A DNA stretch of 63,981 bases, filler included, from Octopus bimaculoides (lineage: Eukaryota), in NCBI RefSeq assembly GCF_001194135.2. It is 5 parts of 5 records of this genome, joined end to end, with 100 filler letters (N's around TTAATTAATTAA, not from the genome) between each part and the next. Parts side by side here need not be neighbours in the genome. Positions count along the whole stretch, not along the records: positions 1 to 5,459 come from NC_068986.1; positions 5,560 to 26,497 come from NC_068982.1; 3 more parts are not named here. One strand, given 5' to 3'. Of this stretch, positions 1 through 12,719 are shown piece after piece (position 1 is the first letter of the stretch; every line of letters begins with the position of its first letter). Both the position numbers and the translations under genes were made by a program. The notes under the pieces are model-generated. The model did not search any database and was not told the DNA's origin. It saw only the letters and a program-made list of their open reading frames with translations.

Positions 1-31
<31 letters not shown>

Positions 32-308
32 TACATATATGCACTCACAGACGCGCAGACACACAAAAGAGGAATGTTTCATCTATAGACTATAGGGTGA
101 TAATGACGTTTATAAGACCCACTCCTTTATATATCATTCAGAAAATGCTGAGCTGTCATGAGCCCCTCTGTATTGTGGTACTATACATGTTGGACCACAT
201 TAGGTTGCCCTCAGGTCACATTTTATAATCTTGAAAATGAGTATATGAAGGTCTCAGTGAGCAAAGCTTGAAGAACGACCGAAGAGATAGTCACGTGAAG
301 AATTCCTT

Positions 309-356
309 ACATTATAAATCTACTATATTAGGACATTATAAATCTACTATATGAGG
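309..356. repeat. 24-bp tandem duplication
   Basis: acattataaatctactatattagg followed by acattataaatctactatatgagg. Confidence 0.85.
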
Positions 357-1758
357 ACAACAGTATCAGCAGCAATAAGAACAACAACAATAATAACAAC
401 AACAAAAATAAAGTATGAAGAAATTGGGTTTTGTGTAGCAATTAGTGTTTGTTTGATCACTCACTAATTAATCAGCAATTGCTTTATTACTGAGAAGATT
501 TTATTACACTCAAAATAGCTTTTGTTGTTGCTGTCGTCGTTATCTTCATTGTAGTCATGGTCGTCGTCGTTGTTGCTGTTGCTGATATAAGTTGATCAAG
601 CACATATATGATGATAATCATTCAACCATGAAAGTCTTATTATTTTCTTATCCGTGTAGAAACCCGTCATCGTCGCAGCTGTTGTTGTTATTATTTTTGC
701 TTCACCTTAGTCTCATGATTACTTTGTGCTTATTCAAACCAATGACACGAGAAGTCCAGTCCTGTCTATAGGGTCTTTCTTTCCATCCGGAGTTTATCTA
801 GTTCAATATCATCTATTGTATATATCATTTCCTACGGAGCAAAAGTCGGAAATGAGGGAGACTTAGATTCTATTATCTACCAACTCCAATCATTGTATAA
901 AGGCTTGCTCTGATACCCAACTCGTAACCTGACTGTTTTTGTCAGTTGTTCAACACGAGGCTGAATTTATGATCGGAAATTAACTTGTAAATTTCTACAA
1001 GGTGTTTCCTTTAGAATTTGTTTTGTTTTGCTTTTCGAAATCATTTTATCCTGTCGCCTTTAAAATCTGAAAACCTATGTTGAATACTTGTATGTCAGCT
1101 GATAAGTTTTCAGAGTATCTGTATAGATTACTTCTCTGATACATAACCTCCCCTGTGAATATTATATTCTTTTCATCTTATTCACACAGCGCGTTATTTA
1201 ATGATTTAATGATAAGCTGCATTATTGAAAGAAGCGATATACAGACATACATACTTTCATAGATATTCGCTCATACACACAAATACATGTGTGTGAGTGC
1301 GCGAGTCTGTATACATTATATATATATGTATGTATGTATGTATTTATGTATTTATGTACGTATATGTATATATATATATAAATGTATATATATATATATA
1401 TATATNNNNNNNNNNNNNNNNNNNNNNNNNNNNNNNNNNNNNNNNNNNNNNNNNNNNNNNNNNNNNNNNNNNNNNNNNNNNNNNNNNNNNNNNNNNNNNN
1501 NNNNNNNNNNNNNNNNNNNNNNNNNNNNNNNNNNNNNNNNNNNNNNNNNNNNNNNNNNNNNNNNNNNNNNNNNNNNNNNNNNNNNNNNNNNNNNNNNNNN
1601 NNNNNNNNNNNNNNNNNNNNNNNNNNNNNNNNNNNNNGGAGCGTATAATTGCATCATAAATCAAATGTATGCTTGTAATGAATATGTACATATCTTCTTC
1701 CATCGTTATTATTATCACCACCGTCGTCATCATCATCCTTACCTTTTATTAAACACAG

Positions 1759-1876
1759 AGAGAGACCTTGATAGAGGAAAACTGAACGCATCGCTTACAG
1801 CGATGAAAGCCTGCAGGGACCGGATTAACGAGCTAGTTAAGCGGGAGATGACAACGGAAATTATAAATAACAGACA
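1759..1876 (+). CDS. Internal coding exon A of an unidentified plus-strand gene: (x)RDLDRGKLNASLTAMKACRDRINELVKREMTTEIINNR
   Basis: Acceptor ttttattaaacacag| and donor |gtaggt. 118 nt, open frame, phase 1 in and phase 2 out. GC-richer than the flanks, with an amphipathic helical-looking peptide. Family not recognised. Confidence 0.6.
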
Positions 1877-2432
1877 GTAGGTGGGCTTGAAAAGGGAAAA
1901 ATACAGTAGAATCAGTAATTTATAATAAATATGTAGCAACAGAAAGCTTGAGACAGGAGTAACTGTTCATAGTCAATTCAAGAAAAGCCGTTAAAAAGGT
2001 CTTTGCAGTCGAAATTAGATAAATTCAATGGCCTATGACAATTAGTTTGATATAAGCGCAAAGGCTATTGTAAACGGGTCAAGATACATGAGTTAAACTA
2101 AGAGGACACTAAAATCATTGACATCAGCACCCAAATATTCTGGTTAAAATTGCTCGGCAATAAACCCTATCGTTTTTGTTATTTCTTGAATCAGCGGAAC
2201 CTATTAGATCGCTCAATTTCAGTGTATGTTGATGAAGCTCACCTTAAAACAACCACTCTCACACGTTGGTGTTCTGCAATGTCTTGTTTCGTTTCCCTCA
2301 CTCTTAGTCACACACATTAACAACCTACTTTGTCACCTCCAAGAATGCCCAACCCTACAAAATAATAACACATGTATTTCTCCCAAACCTTTTCAATATA
2401 ATTTTATTCTGTCGCCTTTAAAACCTGAATAC

Positions 2433-2490
<58 letters not shown>

Positions 2491-3399
2491 NNNNNNNNNN
2501 NNNNNNNNNNNNNNNNNNNNNNNNNNNNNNNNNNNNNNNNNNNNNNNNNNNNNNNNNNNNNNNNNNNNNNNNNNNNNNNNNNNNNNNNNNNNNNNNNNNN
2601 NNNNNNNNNNNNNNNNNNNNNNNNNNNNNNNNNNNNNNNNNNNNNNNNNNNNNNNNNNNNNNNNNNNNNNNNNNNNNNNNNNNNNNNNNNNNNNNNNNNN
2701 NNNNNNNNNNNNNNNNNNNNNNNNNNNNNNNNNNNNNNNNNNNNNNNNNNNNNNNNNNNNNNNNNNNNNNNNNNNNNNNNNNNNNNNNNNNNNNNNNNNN
2801 NNNNNNNNNNNNNNNNNNNNNNNNNNNNNNNNNNNNNNNNNNNNNNNNNNNNNNNNNNNNNNNNNNNNNNNNNNNNNNNNNNNNNNNNNNNNNNNNNNNN
2901 NNNNNNNNNNNNNNNNNNNNNNNNNNNNNNNNNNNNNNNNNNNNNNNNNNNNNNNNNNNNNNNNNNNNNNNNNNNNNNNNNNNNNNNNNNNNNNNNNNNN
3001 NNNNNNNNNNNNNNNNNNNNNNNNNNNNNNNNNNNNNNNNNNNNNNNNNNNNNNNNNNNNNNNNNNNNNNNNNNNNNNNNNNNNNNNNNNNNNNNNNNNN
3101 NNNNNNNNNNNNNNNNNNNNNNNNNNNNNNNNNNNNNNNNNNNNNNNNNNNNNNNNNNNNNNNNNNNNNNNNNNNNNNNNNNNNNNNNNNNNNNNNNNNN
3201 NNNNNNNNNNNNNNNNNNNNNNNNNNNNNNNNNNNNNNNNNNNNNNNNNNNNNNNNNNNNNNNNNNNNNNNNNNNNNNNNNNNNNNNNNNNNNNNNNNNN
3301 NNNNNNNNNNNNNNNNNNNNNNNNNNNNNNNNNNNNNNNNNNNNNNNNNNNNNNNNNNNNNNNNNNNNNNNNNNNNNNNNNNNNNNNNNNNNNNNNNNN

Positions 3400-3486
3400 A
3401 GAAGAAGAAGAAGAAGAAGAAGAAGAAGAAGAAGAAGAAGAAGAAGAAGAAGAAGAAGAAGAAGAAGAAGAAGAAGAAGAAGAAGA
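3400..3486. repeat. (GAA)n microsatellite abutting a gap
   Basis: Read directly from the sequence. Confidence 0.95.
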
Positions 3487-3670
3487 ATTTCTTTATTTTG
3501 TAATAATCTCTATGAATTCTGAAACACTTTAGTATTTATTTAGAAGAATACGGGCTCTTAACAAAATTGCACATAGAAATTTACATTATAGCGTTTAAAC
3601 AAACGATTTAGTAGTGATTATTTTTGTCTGGTATTACGTGCTTTGTCGTTCGCATGTGTGTGCAAGCGAA

Positions 3671-3976
3671 AGCACATGGTTGAGTGGTCTAGGGTGTTCC
3701 GCTCACGATCGTAAAGTTTTGAGTTCGATATGCGGTGGCGCGTTGTGGCCTTCAGCAAAAGATTTTATTTGGCGTTGCTGCAATCCACTCAGCTGGCAAA
3801 AATGAGTAGTACCTCTAATCCAAAGAGCCAGCCTTTTCCTAGTCTAAGATTCGCGCTAAATCTTCCTATACGTCTGTTTCTGGAATGCACGGCCACTTGC
3901 AAGTTAATTTCACGCGCAGGCTGTTCTGTTGATCGGATCAACTGGAACACTTGTCAGCGTACCCGACAGAGTACCA
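3671..3976 (+). mobile_element. tRNA-derived SINE (variant central segment, shared 3' domain)
   Basis: tRNA-like head, central ccactcagctggcaaaaatgagtagtacc, and 3' domain caggctgttctgttgatcggatcaactggaac shared with other copies. Confidence 0.8.
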
Positions 3977-4808
3977 TTTTAGTGTATGCAGACATGTGCA
4001 CTCACGTATAAAGGTGTTCGTGCTTATGTGTCTACGTATGTGTATGTGTTTGTGCGCGAGTGCGTGTGTGGGTGTCGATGTTGTTACAGTGTCGTTGCTA
4101 GAAAGATGAGGTGGGGTTGATTTGAATGAGACGGAATGGAACGAGGTGCACAGCAGTCTAAGTCTTGTAGAAGAGAGAAATCTGTCAATATAATCCCGTG
4201 TAAAATCAATCAATGATGTAAGAGATCAATGGTATCAGCGTGCGTGTATGTGAGCGTGTGAGCATAAGAAAAAACATGTATAAAGAATGAATGCGTATGT
4301 TTATGTTCATATATGTATGGTACATGCATGCTTGCATGTTTGTGTGTACCTTCCTCGCAAAATATCAAATATCTAATTGAAATGAGGAATTTTTATTTAT
4401 TTATTTCGTTTCAAAAATCGGTCGCTCAATTCCCTGTAGATTAGGTAGATTTTGATTAACTACAAGTGTCAGCAATTGAAATTAGGGTAATTAATAACTA
4501 AAGTATTAAGTTTAAGCTGATTTTTAAAAAGCATTTTATTTCTGTTTCTTTGTTCTTTGGTTCTTCTGTATTTTTCTTCTTTGCATTTTTGTACATGATG
4601 CAGCATTTGAATATGCTTTTGAAACTATCCGTATGTATAGACAACCACATTCTCAAAGGATTATATTTGTAGAGAGTTCAGATATATAAAGACCACACAC
4701 ACACAAATACACACAAAAACACCCACACACATACATGTGTGCTCATCTCCATCCATGCCCTTAACTATGGATACACATTTGTTTGCATGCGTGCTTGTCA
4801 CTATGCGC

Positions 4809-4854
<46 letters not shown>

Positions 4855-4968
4855 ACGTATGCGTGTGCAAGAAAGTGAATATTCTAGCTCCATATAATTT
4901 CTGTAATGTAACAAGAATCGTGTCTAAGAATATACATTCAGAATATGCAATCATCTCTTCCAATTCAG

Positions 4969-5024
4969 CGAATTAATACCCCGAACCTACCCGGCATCTT
5001 CTTCATTCTTATATTATCTGTTAA
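4969..5024 (+). CDS. Candidate exon B: (H)ELIPRTYPASSSFLYYLL
   Basis: Acceptor tcatctcttccaattcag| and donor |gtacgt. 56 nt, phase-compatible with exon A upstream and exon C downstream. Short, so it could be chance. Confidence 0.4.
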
Positions 5025-5296
5025 GTACGTCTGATAGGTTTAGAGCTACGAAACCGATAACAGATTCTAACAGGAAACAAAAGAAGTGGTGAGGGGGTTA
5101 TTTTTGCATTGTTTTTAAAGAATAAGAAATCGATTGATCGATATAGAGATGCATAGATGGAGAAACTGACAGGGAGGCAGTAGAGAAATACAAACGAAAA
5201 AAACAAACAGACACACAGATGAACAGGCAGGCTGACAGATTGACAGACGCAAAAACAGGCAGATAGACAGACAGACAGAGAGACAGAGAGAGAGAC

Positions 5297-5363
<67 letters not shown>

Positions 5364-5376
5364 GAGATAGATAGAT

Positions 5377-6692
5377 ATGTTTCTTTATTAGCCACACAGG
5401 GCTCAACATAGAAGGGACAAAATACAAATGTAAAGTTTTTCTTTTCAAGCGGGGCGAAANNNNNNNNNNNNNNNNNNNNNNNNNNNNNNNNNNNNNNNNN
5501 NNNTTAATTAATTAANNNNNNNNNNNNNNNNNNNNNNNNNNNNNNNNNNNNNNNNNNNNATATATATAAATGCTAAAAATAATGGTCCTTTATTAGACCA
5601 TTATTTTTTATTCTTTTATTGCAGCAAATATGGCTTACAGCTGTTTCCAGACGGCAGAGATGCTCAAGAACTAGTCGGCACTCGCGGTGCCATTCACCCA
5701 GCCTCGGTCTCTGTTTTATCCACGACTGCAGTTCGGCCAAAGAGACGTCCATGAAACACGGGAGAAGTCGCAGTCTCAGCGCATGTCCTCGCATCATTAA
5801 CCACGGCATGCCCAGCCCTCCATTTCGCGGATGTTGGCAGCAAATGGATCACCTGATCATCGGAACACTTCTCTTCCACAAAAATCGGAAGAGTATGCGC
5901 TCCAGTTTTGTGATGGTAGGGTCGGGACAAGGCATGACAGTCAAAAGGGTAGTAGATGACGGATGCGATGTACGCATTCGCCACATCAGCCCGACCTTTT
6001 AGAGATAGCTTCCTCTCGGCCCATTGCTGCGTGAGACTGGCCACTCTACTCGTTATCTCATCCCGATTTGGAGGTCCGGACCGAACCAGACCCCGAGCAA
6101 TTTAACCAGTCCGTCGGTCCAATGTCCCACGAGACGCTCCTGGACGGCATGGGCTTGCTTCTCCATGTGCCGAGCCGCAAGCCTCGTTACTGCTTCGTAT
6201 TCTTTTAGTGTCTCGCCGACCTGGTCGATATGCCTGTGACTCGACACTATGACGGTGACGTCGTCTGCGTATACAGACACGCTCCTCCTGAATCCCAGTT
6301 CTCGCGAGATGCCCCTCAGTGTCGCCAGATTCCGCAGTAGTGGCTCTAGAGTCAATATATACAGAAGTGACGAGAAGGTGACGTTAAATAGTCTGGATAG
6401 ATGACCATTTACGCGAACTTCCGAGCGGATGCCGCTGTATAAAGCAGCGATCCGACCGCGGAAGACGGGACCGAAACCAGCCGTCCTAAGGACAGCCTCC
6501 AAGTAACAATGGTCAACCCTATCGAAAGCTTTCGATTGATCCAAATTGATCAGCACCCCACCCATGCCAGGTTCCTTAACTACCCTATCTATGATGTAGC
6601 GCATCAAATGGAGGTTGTCATGGTCACTCCTATCCAGTACGGCGCATTTTTGCACCTTGTCGACCAGTTTCTCGATAACAAGCGCCAACCTC
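5377..6692 (-). mobile_element. Tx1-like (L1 superfamily) non-LTR retrotransposon fragment: RT domain, C-terminal region and probable 3' end
   Basis: Minus-strand translation contains LDQSKAFDRVDH and YADDVTVIV, with frameshifts further on. The segment 5377-5459 reads ...ggctaataaagaaacat followed by (atct)n. It is separated from the ORF by a 100-N linker gap, so its assignment is inferred. Confidence 0.85.
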
Positions 6693-7333
6693 NNNNNNNN
6701 NNNNNNNNNNNNNNNNNNNNNNNNNNNNNNNNNNNNNNNNNNNNNNNNNNNNNNNNNNNNNNNNNNNNNNNNNNNNNNNNNNNNNNNNNNNNNNNNNNNN
6801 NNNNNNNNNNNNNNNNNNNNNNNNNNNNNNNNNNNNNNNNNNNNNNNNNNNNNNNNNNNNNNNNNNNNNNNNNNNNNNNNNNNNNNNNNNNNNNNNNNNN
6901 NNNNNNNNNNNNNNNNNNNNNNNNNNNNNNNNNNNNNNNNNNNNNNNNNNNNNNNNNNNNNNNNNNNNNNNNNNNNNNNNNNNNNNNNNNNNNNNNNNNN
7001 NNNNNNNNNNNNNNNNNNNNNNNNNNNNNNNNNNNNNNNNNNNNNNNNNNNNNNNNNNNNNNNNNNNNNNNNNNNNNNNNNNNNNNNNNNNNNNNNNNNN
7101 NNNNNNNNNNNNNNNNNNNNNNNNNNNNNNNNNNNNNNNNNNNNNNNNNNNNNNNNNNNNNNNNNNNNNNNNNNNNNNNNNNNNNNNNNNNNNNNNNNNN
7201 NNNNNNNNNNNNNNNNNNNNNNNNNNNNNNNNNNNNNNNNNNNNNNNNNNNNNNNNNNNNNNNNNNNNNNNNNNNNNNNNNNNNNNNNNNNNNNNNNNNN
7301 NNNNNNNNTAAAAGAGTAAAAAAAAAGAGTAAG

Positions 7334-7385
<52 letters not shown>

Positions 7386-7535
7386 AGAGAGAGGTGCAGA
7401 GAAAAAGAGAGAGGTGAAAAGTGGTGAAGAAAGAAAGCGAGGAGAAGAAATAGAAATGAAATATGAGAGAAAGACAGAACAGGAGAATGAAAACTGGAAG
7501 CTACAAGATTTGTTGTATGTGCGCGCATACATTCA

Positions 7536-7576
<41 letters not shown>

Positions 7577-7984
7577 ATGCATACAAGTATGCATACACGT
7601 AAATGTATATGTTTGTTCTCCTAGCATTGCTTGAAAACTGATGCTGGTGTGTTTATGTCTCCATCAGCTAGCGGTTCAGCAAAAGAGACCGATAGAGTAA
7701 GTACTAGGCTTACAAAGAATAAGTCCCGGTGTCGATTTGCTCGACTAAAGGCGGTGCTCCAGCATGGCAGCAGTCAAATGACTGAAACAAGTAAAAGAGT
7801 CTTAATAAATATTCAAGCCACAATGGGTTCTCCTCACAGGTGTCCACATCAGTTTGACCAATCTCGGGGAAACAAACAAACAGTCATCCTGTTTATATAT
7901 AACGGGATAAATTCACGGCGCTACTCCACCATAAGTGCAGCCGCATGGCTGAAACAAAGTAAAGAATAAATGGAAAGAAAAAGA

Positions 7985-8071
<87 letters not shown>

Positions 8072-8173
8072 CCAAACTTTAAACTACCCGCTTTTGTTTT
8101 CAGGTACAGTATATCAGGGACTAGAAATGATCTAATTATAAATCTCACAGAGAGACTTAAGCAGCAGTGTTAC

Positions 8174-8456
8174 GATAAAGCAGTTGTATACTGTCAACTT
8201 AATGCGACAGTCCCAGTAGGGGGATCATACTGCTGCTATTTAGCCCTAAGAATCTGGACCGCTTCCTGTCGGCCTTGACACATTTCCTGTGTCCTTATGT
8301 TTGTGAGGGGGAGACAAGCACCTCCACCCAGCCTATCCTGCATTCAGGGACATGTTTCTGAGTCTTTGTTCGTCATCAGACTAGGGCTAAATAGCAGTGG
8401 TATGATTCCCTTATTGGCACTGTCGCATTAAGTTGGCAGTATACAACTGCTATATC
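8174..8456. mobile_element. MITE with terminal inverted repeats of about 75 bp
   Basis: gataaagcagttgtatactgtcaacttaatgcgacag...tatttagcccta (8174-8248) is the reverse complement of 8381-8456 with few mismatches. Confidence 0.8.
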
Positions 8457-9915
8457 AGGGACGTTATCTAAAATGTTATTGTCATTTCTTGAAGAAGAAA
8501 GCAAACGATTTGAGGAAGTTTTGGCTGTAGTTTCTAACAGAACAAATGACTTTTTATGGACTCGCCCAACGGTATGTTAACTTGGAGAGTGTGTGCTTAC
8601 TCCTCTGCTTTCTCTGTGCTTACTCCTCTGCTTTCGCTTTCTATGAGTAATTCAACCTGTGTGATAAATTATATGGTACACATAAAATAAGATATACAAT
8701 TAATTAAATATAAGAACAATATTGATAATAGAGACAAGACGAAAAGAAGATCTCTCACCAGAAAATATAAAAATAAAATATAACAAAAAACAATCACTTA
8801 GAAAAGTTTGTCTTTGAATGTACGATACCAATTTGTCTTATGCTGTTATTTATCTCTAAGTCAGCAGTGTCCCAGGAGATCTACGATCAAATACTTCTAG
8901 TCGTGACTAATCTATCAGTGTATCTCTAAGGTTACATGGTCTTATCATTCTATAAAGACAATAGTGTGTGACTTGGTTGACATTTCTAGTAGTCGAGTGA
9001 CCCCTGAAAGGCTTTCTCATGTAGCGTGTCTCCTTAACGACGTAGTAAAAATGTCCATGACGCACTAACACTTAACATCGATTCCAAATAGAGAAACGTT
9101 TGTCACCGCCATATTGAAACGTGACATCTAAGATGAGAGGACAATTATGAAATGGTCGAATGATAAAAACTTTATAATAGATCGGATTAAAGAAGATTTA
9201 TTCATCGACATACGTGTTACTTATAATAAATATTGCAAATATCGACTTTTTGTTACATGTCCGACGAATCCTATTTTGTTATAGCATAAACCGAGACAAT
9301 TATATCTCACCTGTAAAATATTGGTCGTGTAACTAGTCAAAAGAAACCTCATTAGTTAATGTCACAGTATAGCAATATATACACAGCTTCTTTGTATCAC
9401 CAGAAACTAGAATCTTCTTTTCTGCATTATTTCTTTCACATAAATTTTTGCCAGAGCTCTCACTAATTCTTAATTAGTTATAAAGCACGCTCAATGTAAA
9501 ATATTTCGTTTGGATGAATTAAGATGTGTCCAGTGAAGTTGGCATGAGCCTATTTTACTTACGCACACACACAGACACACACACACACATATGTGCATAT
9601 ATACATACATACATGCACGCGCGAGCACGCACACACACACACACATACACACACACAGTGGCCATTGCATCGTAGACGATCCATTCAAAGCATAAAAAGT
9701 ATTCTCTCTTCGTCTAATTATATATAGTACAGACATAGTGTGTGTATGTATGTATGTATGTATGTATGTATGTATGTATGTGTGTGTGTGTGTATGTATG
9801 TATTTACCTGTTGCAACACATACAAGGAAATATGCAAATACACGGTCAGAAGTTCAAAGTAATTGACACACAGACAAATAAATAAACATACTATACACAA
9901 AACAAAAAAAACATG

Positions 9916-9946
<31 letters not shown>

Positions 9947-10370
9947 ACATACGCGCGCGCGCGCGTGCATTCTGACAGGCGTCCACACGCGTACAGAGGA
10001 AATACCCATACACACATATAGAGATGAAACACACTGAGATCTATATGTAAGTCGGCACATACAATGAATATTTCGTTATACCCACGCCGCACACATGCAA
10101 AGGCACAGACGCACATACAAACACTCGGAAATACGCACAGACAAGCACACACCTCGAGCCAACGTAGAGGCTTCTACGTAGCCATTTGATATACTAAATG
10201 TTGCAACCAATTTCCCTGAATTATGTTCTACTGTAAGAAACGAATACATTGGATAACGTAGTCCAAAGTAACCCTAAGAAGACTGTTTGCTCATGACTGG
10301 AATGCCTTTGATCATTTGTCTGCTTGGTCAGGTTTGACCTGGGGCTAAACACTACATAGATAACTACAAC

Positions 10371-10643
10371 TGGCATTCCGTCGGTTACAATGGGGAAGAT
10401 TCCAGTTGATCCGATCAACGGAACTGCCTGCTCGTGAAATTAAGGTGCAAGCGACTGAGCACTCTACACATGCACGTTCCCTTAATGTAGGCCTTTTGAA
10501 ATACAGGTACTACTTATCTTTGCCAGCTGAGTGGACTAGAGCAACGTGAAATAAAGTGTCTTGCTCAAGGACACAGTACCCACGGTTTTCGAACTCACAA
10601 CGATCGTGAGTCGAACAACTTAACCACTAAGCCAGGAGCCTTC
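10371..10643 (-). mobile_element. tRNA-derived SINE copy
   Basis: Same head, central segment and 3' domain as the 3.7-kb and 50.5-kb copies. Confidence 0.8.
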
Positions 10644-12354
10644 ACTACATATATATATATATATATATATANNNNNNNNNNNNNNNNNNNNNNNNNNNNN
10701 NNNNNNNNNNNNNNNNNNNNNNNNNNNNNNNNNNNNNNNNNNNNNNNNNNNNNNNNNNNNNNNNNNNNNNNNNNNNNNNNNNNNNNNNNNNNNNNNNNNN
10801 NNNNNNNNNNNNNNNNNNNNNNNNNNNNNNNNNNNNNNNNNNNNNNNNNNNNNNNNNNNNNNNNNNNNNNNNNNNNNNNNNNNNNNNNNNNNNNNNNNNN
10901 NNNNNNNNNNNNNNNNNNNNNNNNNNNNNNNNNNNNNNNNNNNNNNNNNNNNNNNNNNNNNNNNNNNNNNNNNNNNNNNNNNNNNNNNNNNNNNNNNNNN
11001 NNNNNNNNNNNNNNNNNNNNNNNNNNNNNNNNNNNNNNNNNNNNNNNNNNNNNNNNNNNNNNNNNNNNNNNNNNNNNNNNNNNTTTTAGCGGTGTGTCTC
11101 GAGATTTGGTAGGTGCTTCTGTATGCTGTATCATGCCGCAACAGCGACACACCTGAGAAATGTATCCAGAAGGTAGTCGATCCTGCCAGAATTCACTATG
11201 TAAATAGTGACCTGTGGCAACCCTTATTCAGCATGGAACAGTGGAAGCACAGCGTCGAATTTGTCAACTCAGAAGATGGAACCCGTACAAAAATTAGAAA
11301 CAGATAGAACAGCCTAAAAAAAAAAAAAATTTTTTTAAAGAGACTTCAAATAAATGGGGCTGTGATACACATAACTCCGTAAATTTATGTGACAGTGCAG
11401 AAACGAGAATTGTGATTTGCTCCAGAAAATATTGCGGAGCATCAACAAGTTCACTTGTTTTTTTTATTTCATTTCCTCATCGTTAAAAACAAAAAAAAAA
11501 GGTTACACTTAAAATATAAAATTCTCGCAAAATAACAAATAATCAAAATTCAAAACAAAAATGTTCAGTGGAAAATGTCTTCAAAACCAAAGCAAACAAG
11601 GAAGTGAATGTATGAGTTCGGACTTCAGGCGTGTCGAAAATGACCGCATCTGACTGGCTGAAATTCCCCAAAATCTCCATCTTTAAAAGCTTGTAACAAC
11701 TTTTTTGCTTTTAATTTTTCCAAAAAATAATCATGATTTTCCTACGCTGCATGAAAAACTACATCAGTGTAGATATTTTCCAAAAACATTGCAAGCGAAA
11801 AGATCTCACATATACACACATGCTCTCAGGCACATATACGTATGCATACTCTCTCTCTCTCACACACACACATATACACATTCTGTATATCCTAACAGGT
11901 ATATACACACACTCACCTAGACCCAATACACTCTCACAGGTACATGCACACACATTCAGCATGCACAATGCCAGATACACACGCAAGTACACAAACACAT
12001 GCGCGTGCACACTCACACGCACACACACATACACAAACAAACACACACCCACAACACACTGTCTTGGATAAAGTTCGTTAACGTTTGCTACAATCAGCTC
12101 CCAGCCTCACACCTGTGAAACATTTACGTATTTATGCAGTTGTTGTTGATTTATTCATTTATTTATTTGTTTGTTCTTCGCTCATTCTTTTGAACTTTCA
12201 TTCATTCATTCATTCATTCCATTTTTCGTTCCTAATCTTTACCTTTCCATTGTTATCTTTCTAAAAATTCTCCACTCCCCACCCCATACACACCCTTTCT
12301 TAACTAATCAATCATTTATTCATTCATTGAGGCATGAGTCGGTAAACAGAAAGC

Positions 12355-12396
<42 letters not shown>

Positions 12397-12480
12397 CTTT
12401 TCTCTTACAACTTTATTATGCTGAGTGTTTGCATATTTGTTTGTTTATGTACGTGTGTGTGTTTGTGTGTGTGTGTGTGT

Positions 12481-12552
12481 GTGAGTGGGTGAGTGTGTGA
12501 GTGGGTGAGTGTGTGAGTGGGTGAGTGGGTGAGTGGGTGAGTGTGTGAGTGT
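12481..12552 (+). repeat. 8-bp tandem repeat (GTGAGTGG/GTGAGTGT) x9
   Basis: Read directly from the sequence. Confidence 0.9.
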
Positions 12553-12686
12553 ATCATGCACCTGTGTGTATGCATGGGTGTGCTTGCAAGTCTGTATACG
12601 TACAACTATGTATGTACGCTCGTGTGTGTGTGTGTGTGTGTGTGCGTGTGTATGTTTGTTTGTATGTATGTATGTATGTATGTATG

Positions 12687-12719
<33 letters not shown>

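Noticed and set aside
1759-1876. Resemblance of exon A to the end of a RhoGEF DH domain (L..AL..MK....INE)
   Set aside because: The downstream candidate exons do not look like a PH domain, and the similarity is too short to name the gene.
1030-2435. About 35-bp direct repeat (ttttat.ctgtcgcctttaaaa.ctgaa) at about 1043 and 2402 flanking exon A
   Set aside because: It is short and degenerate, most simply fragments of an old dispersed repeat.
5504-5515. TTAATTAATTAA palindrome recurring four times (also 26542, 46818, 61912)
   Set aside because: It is always centred in an identical 100-bp N gap and stops all six frames, so it is an assembly linker.
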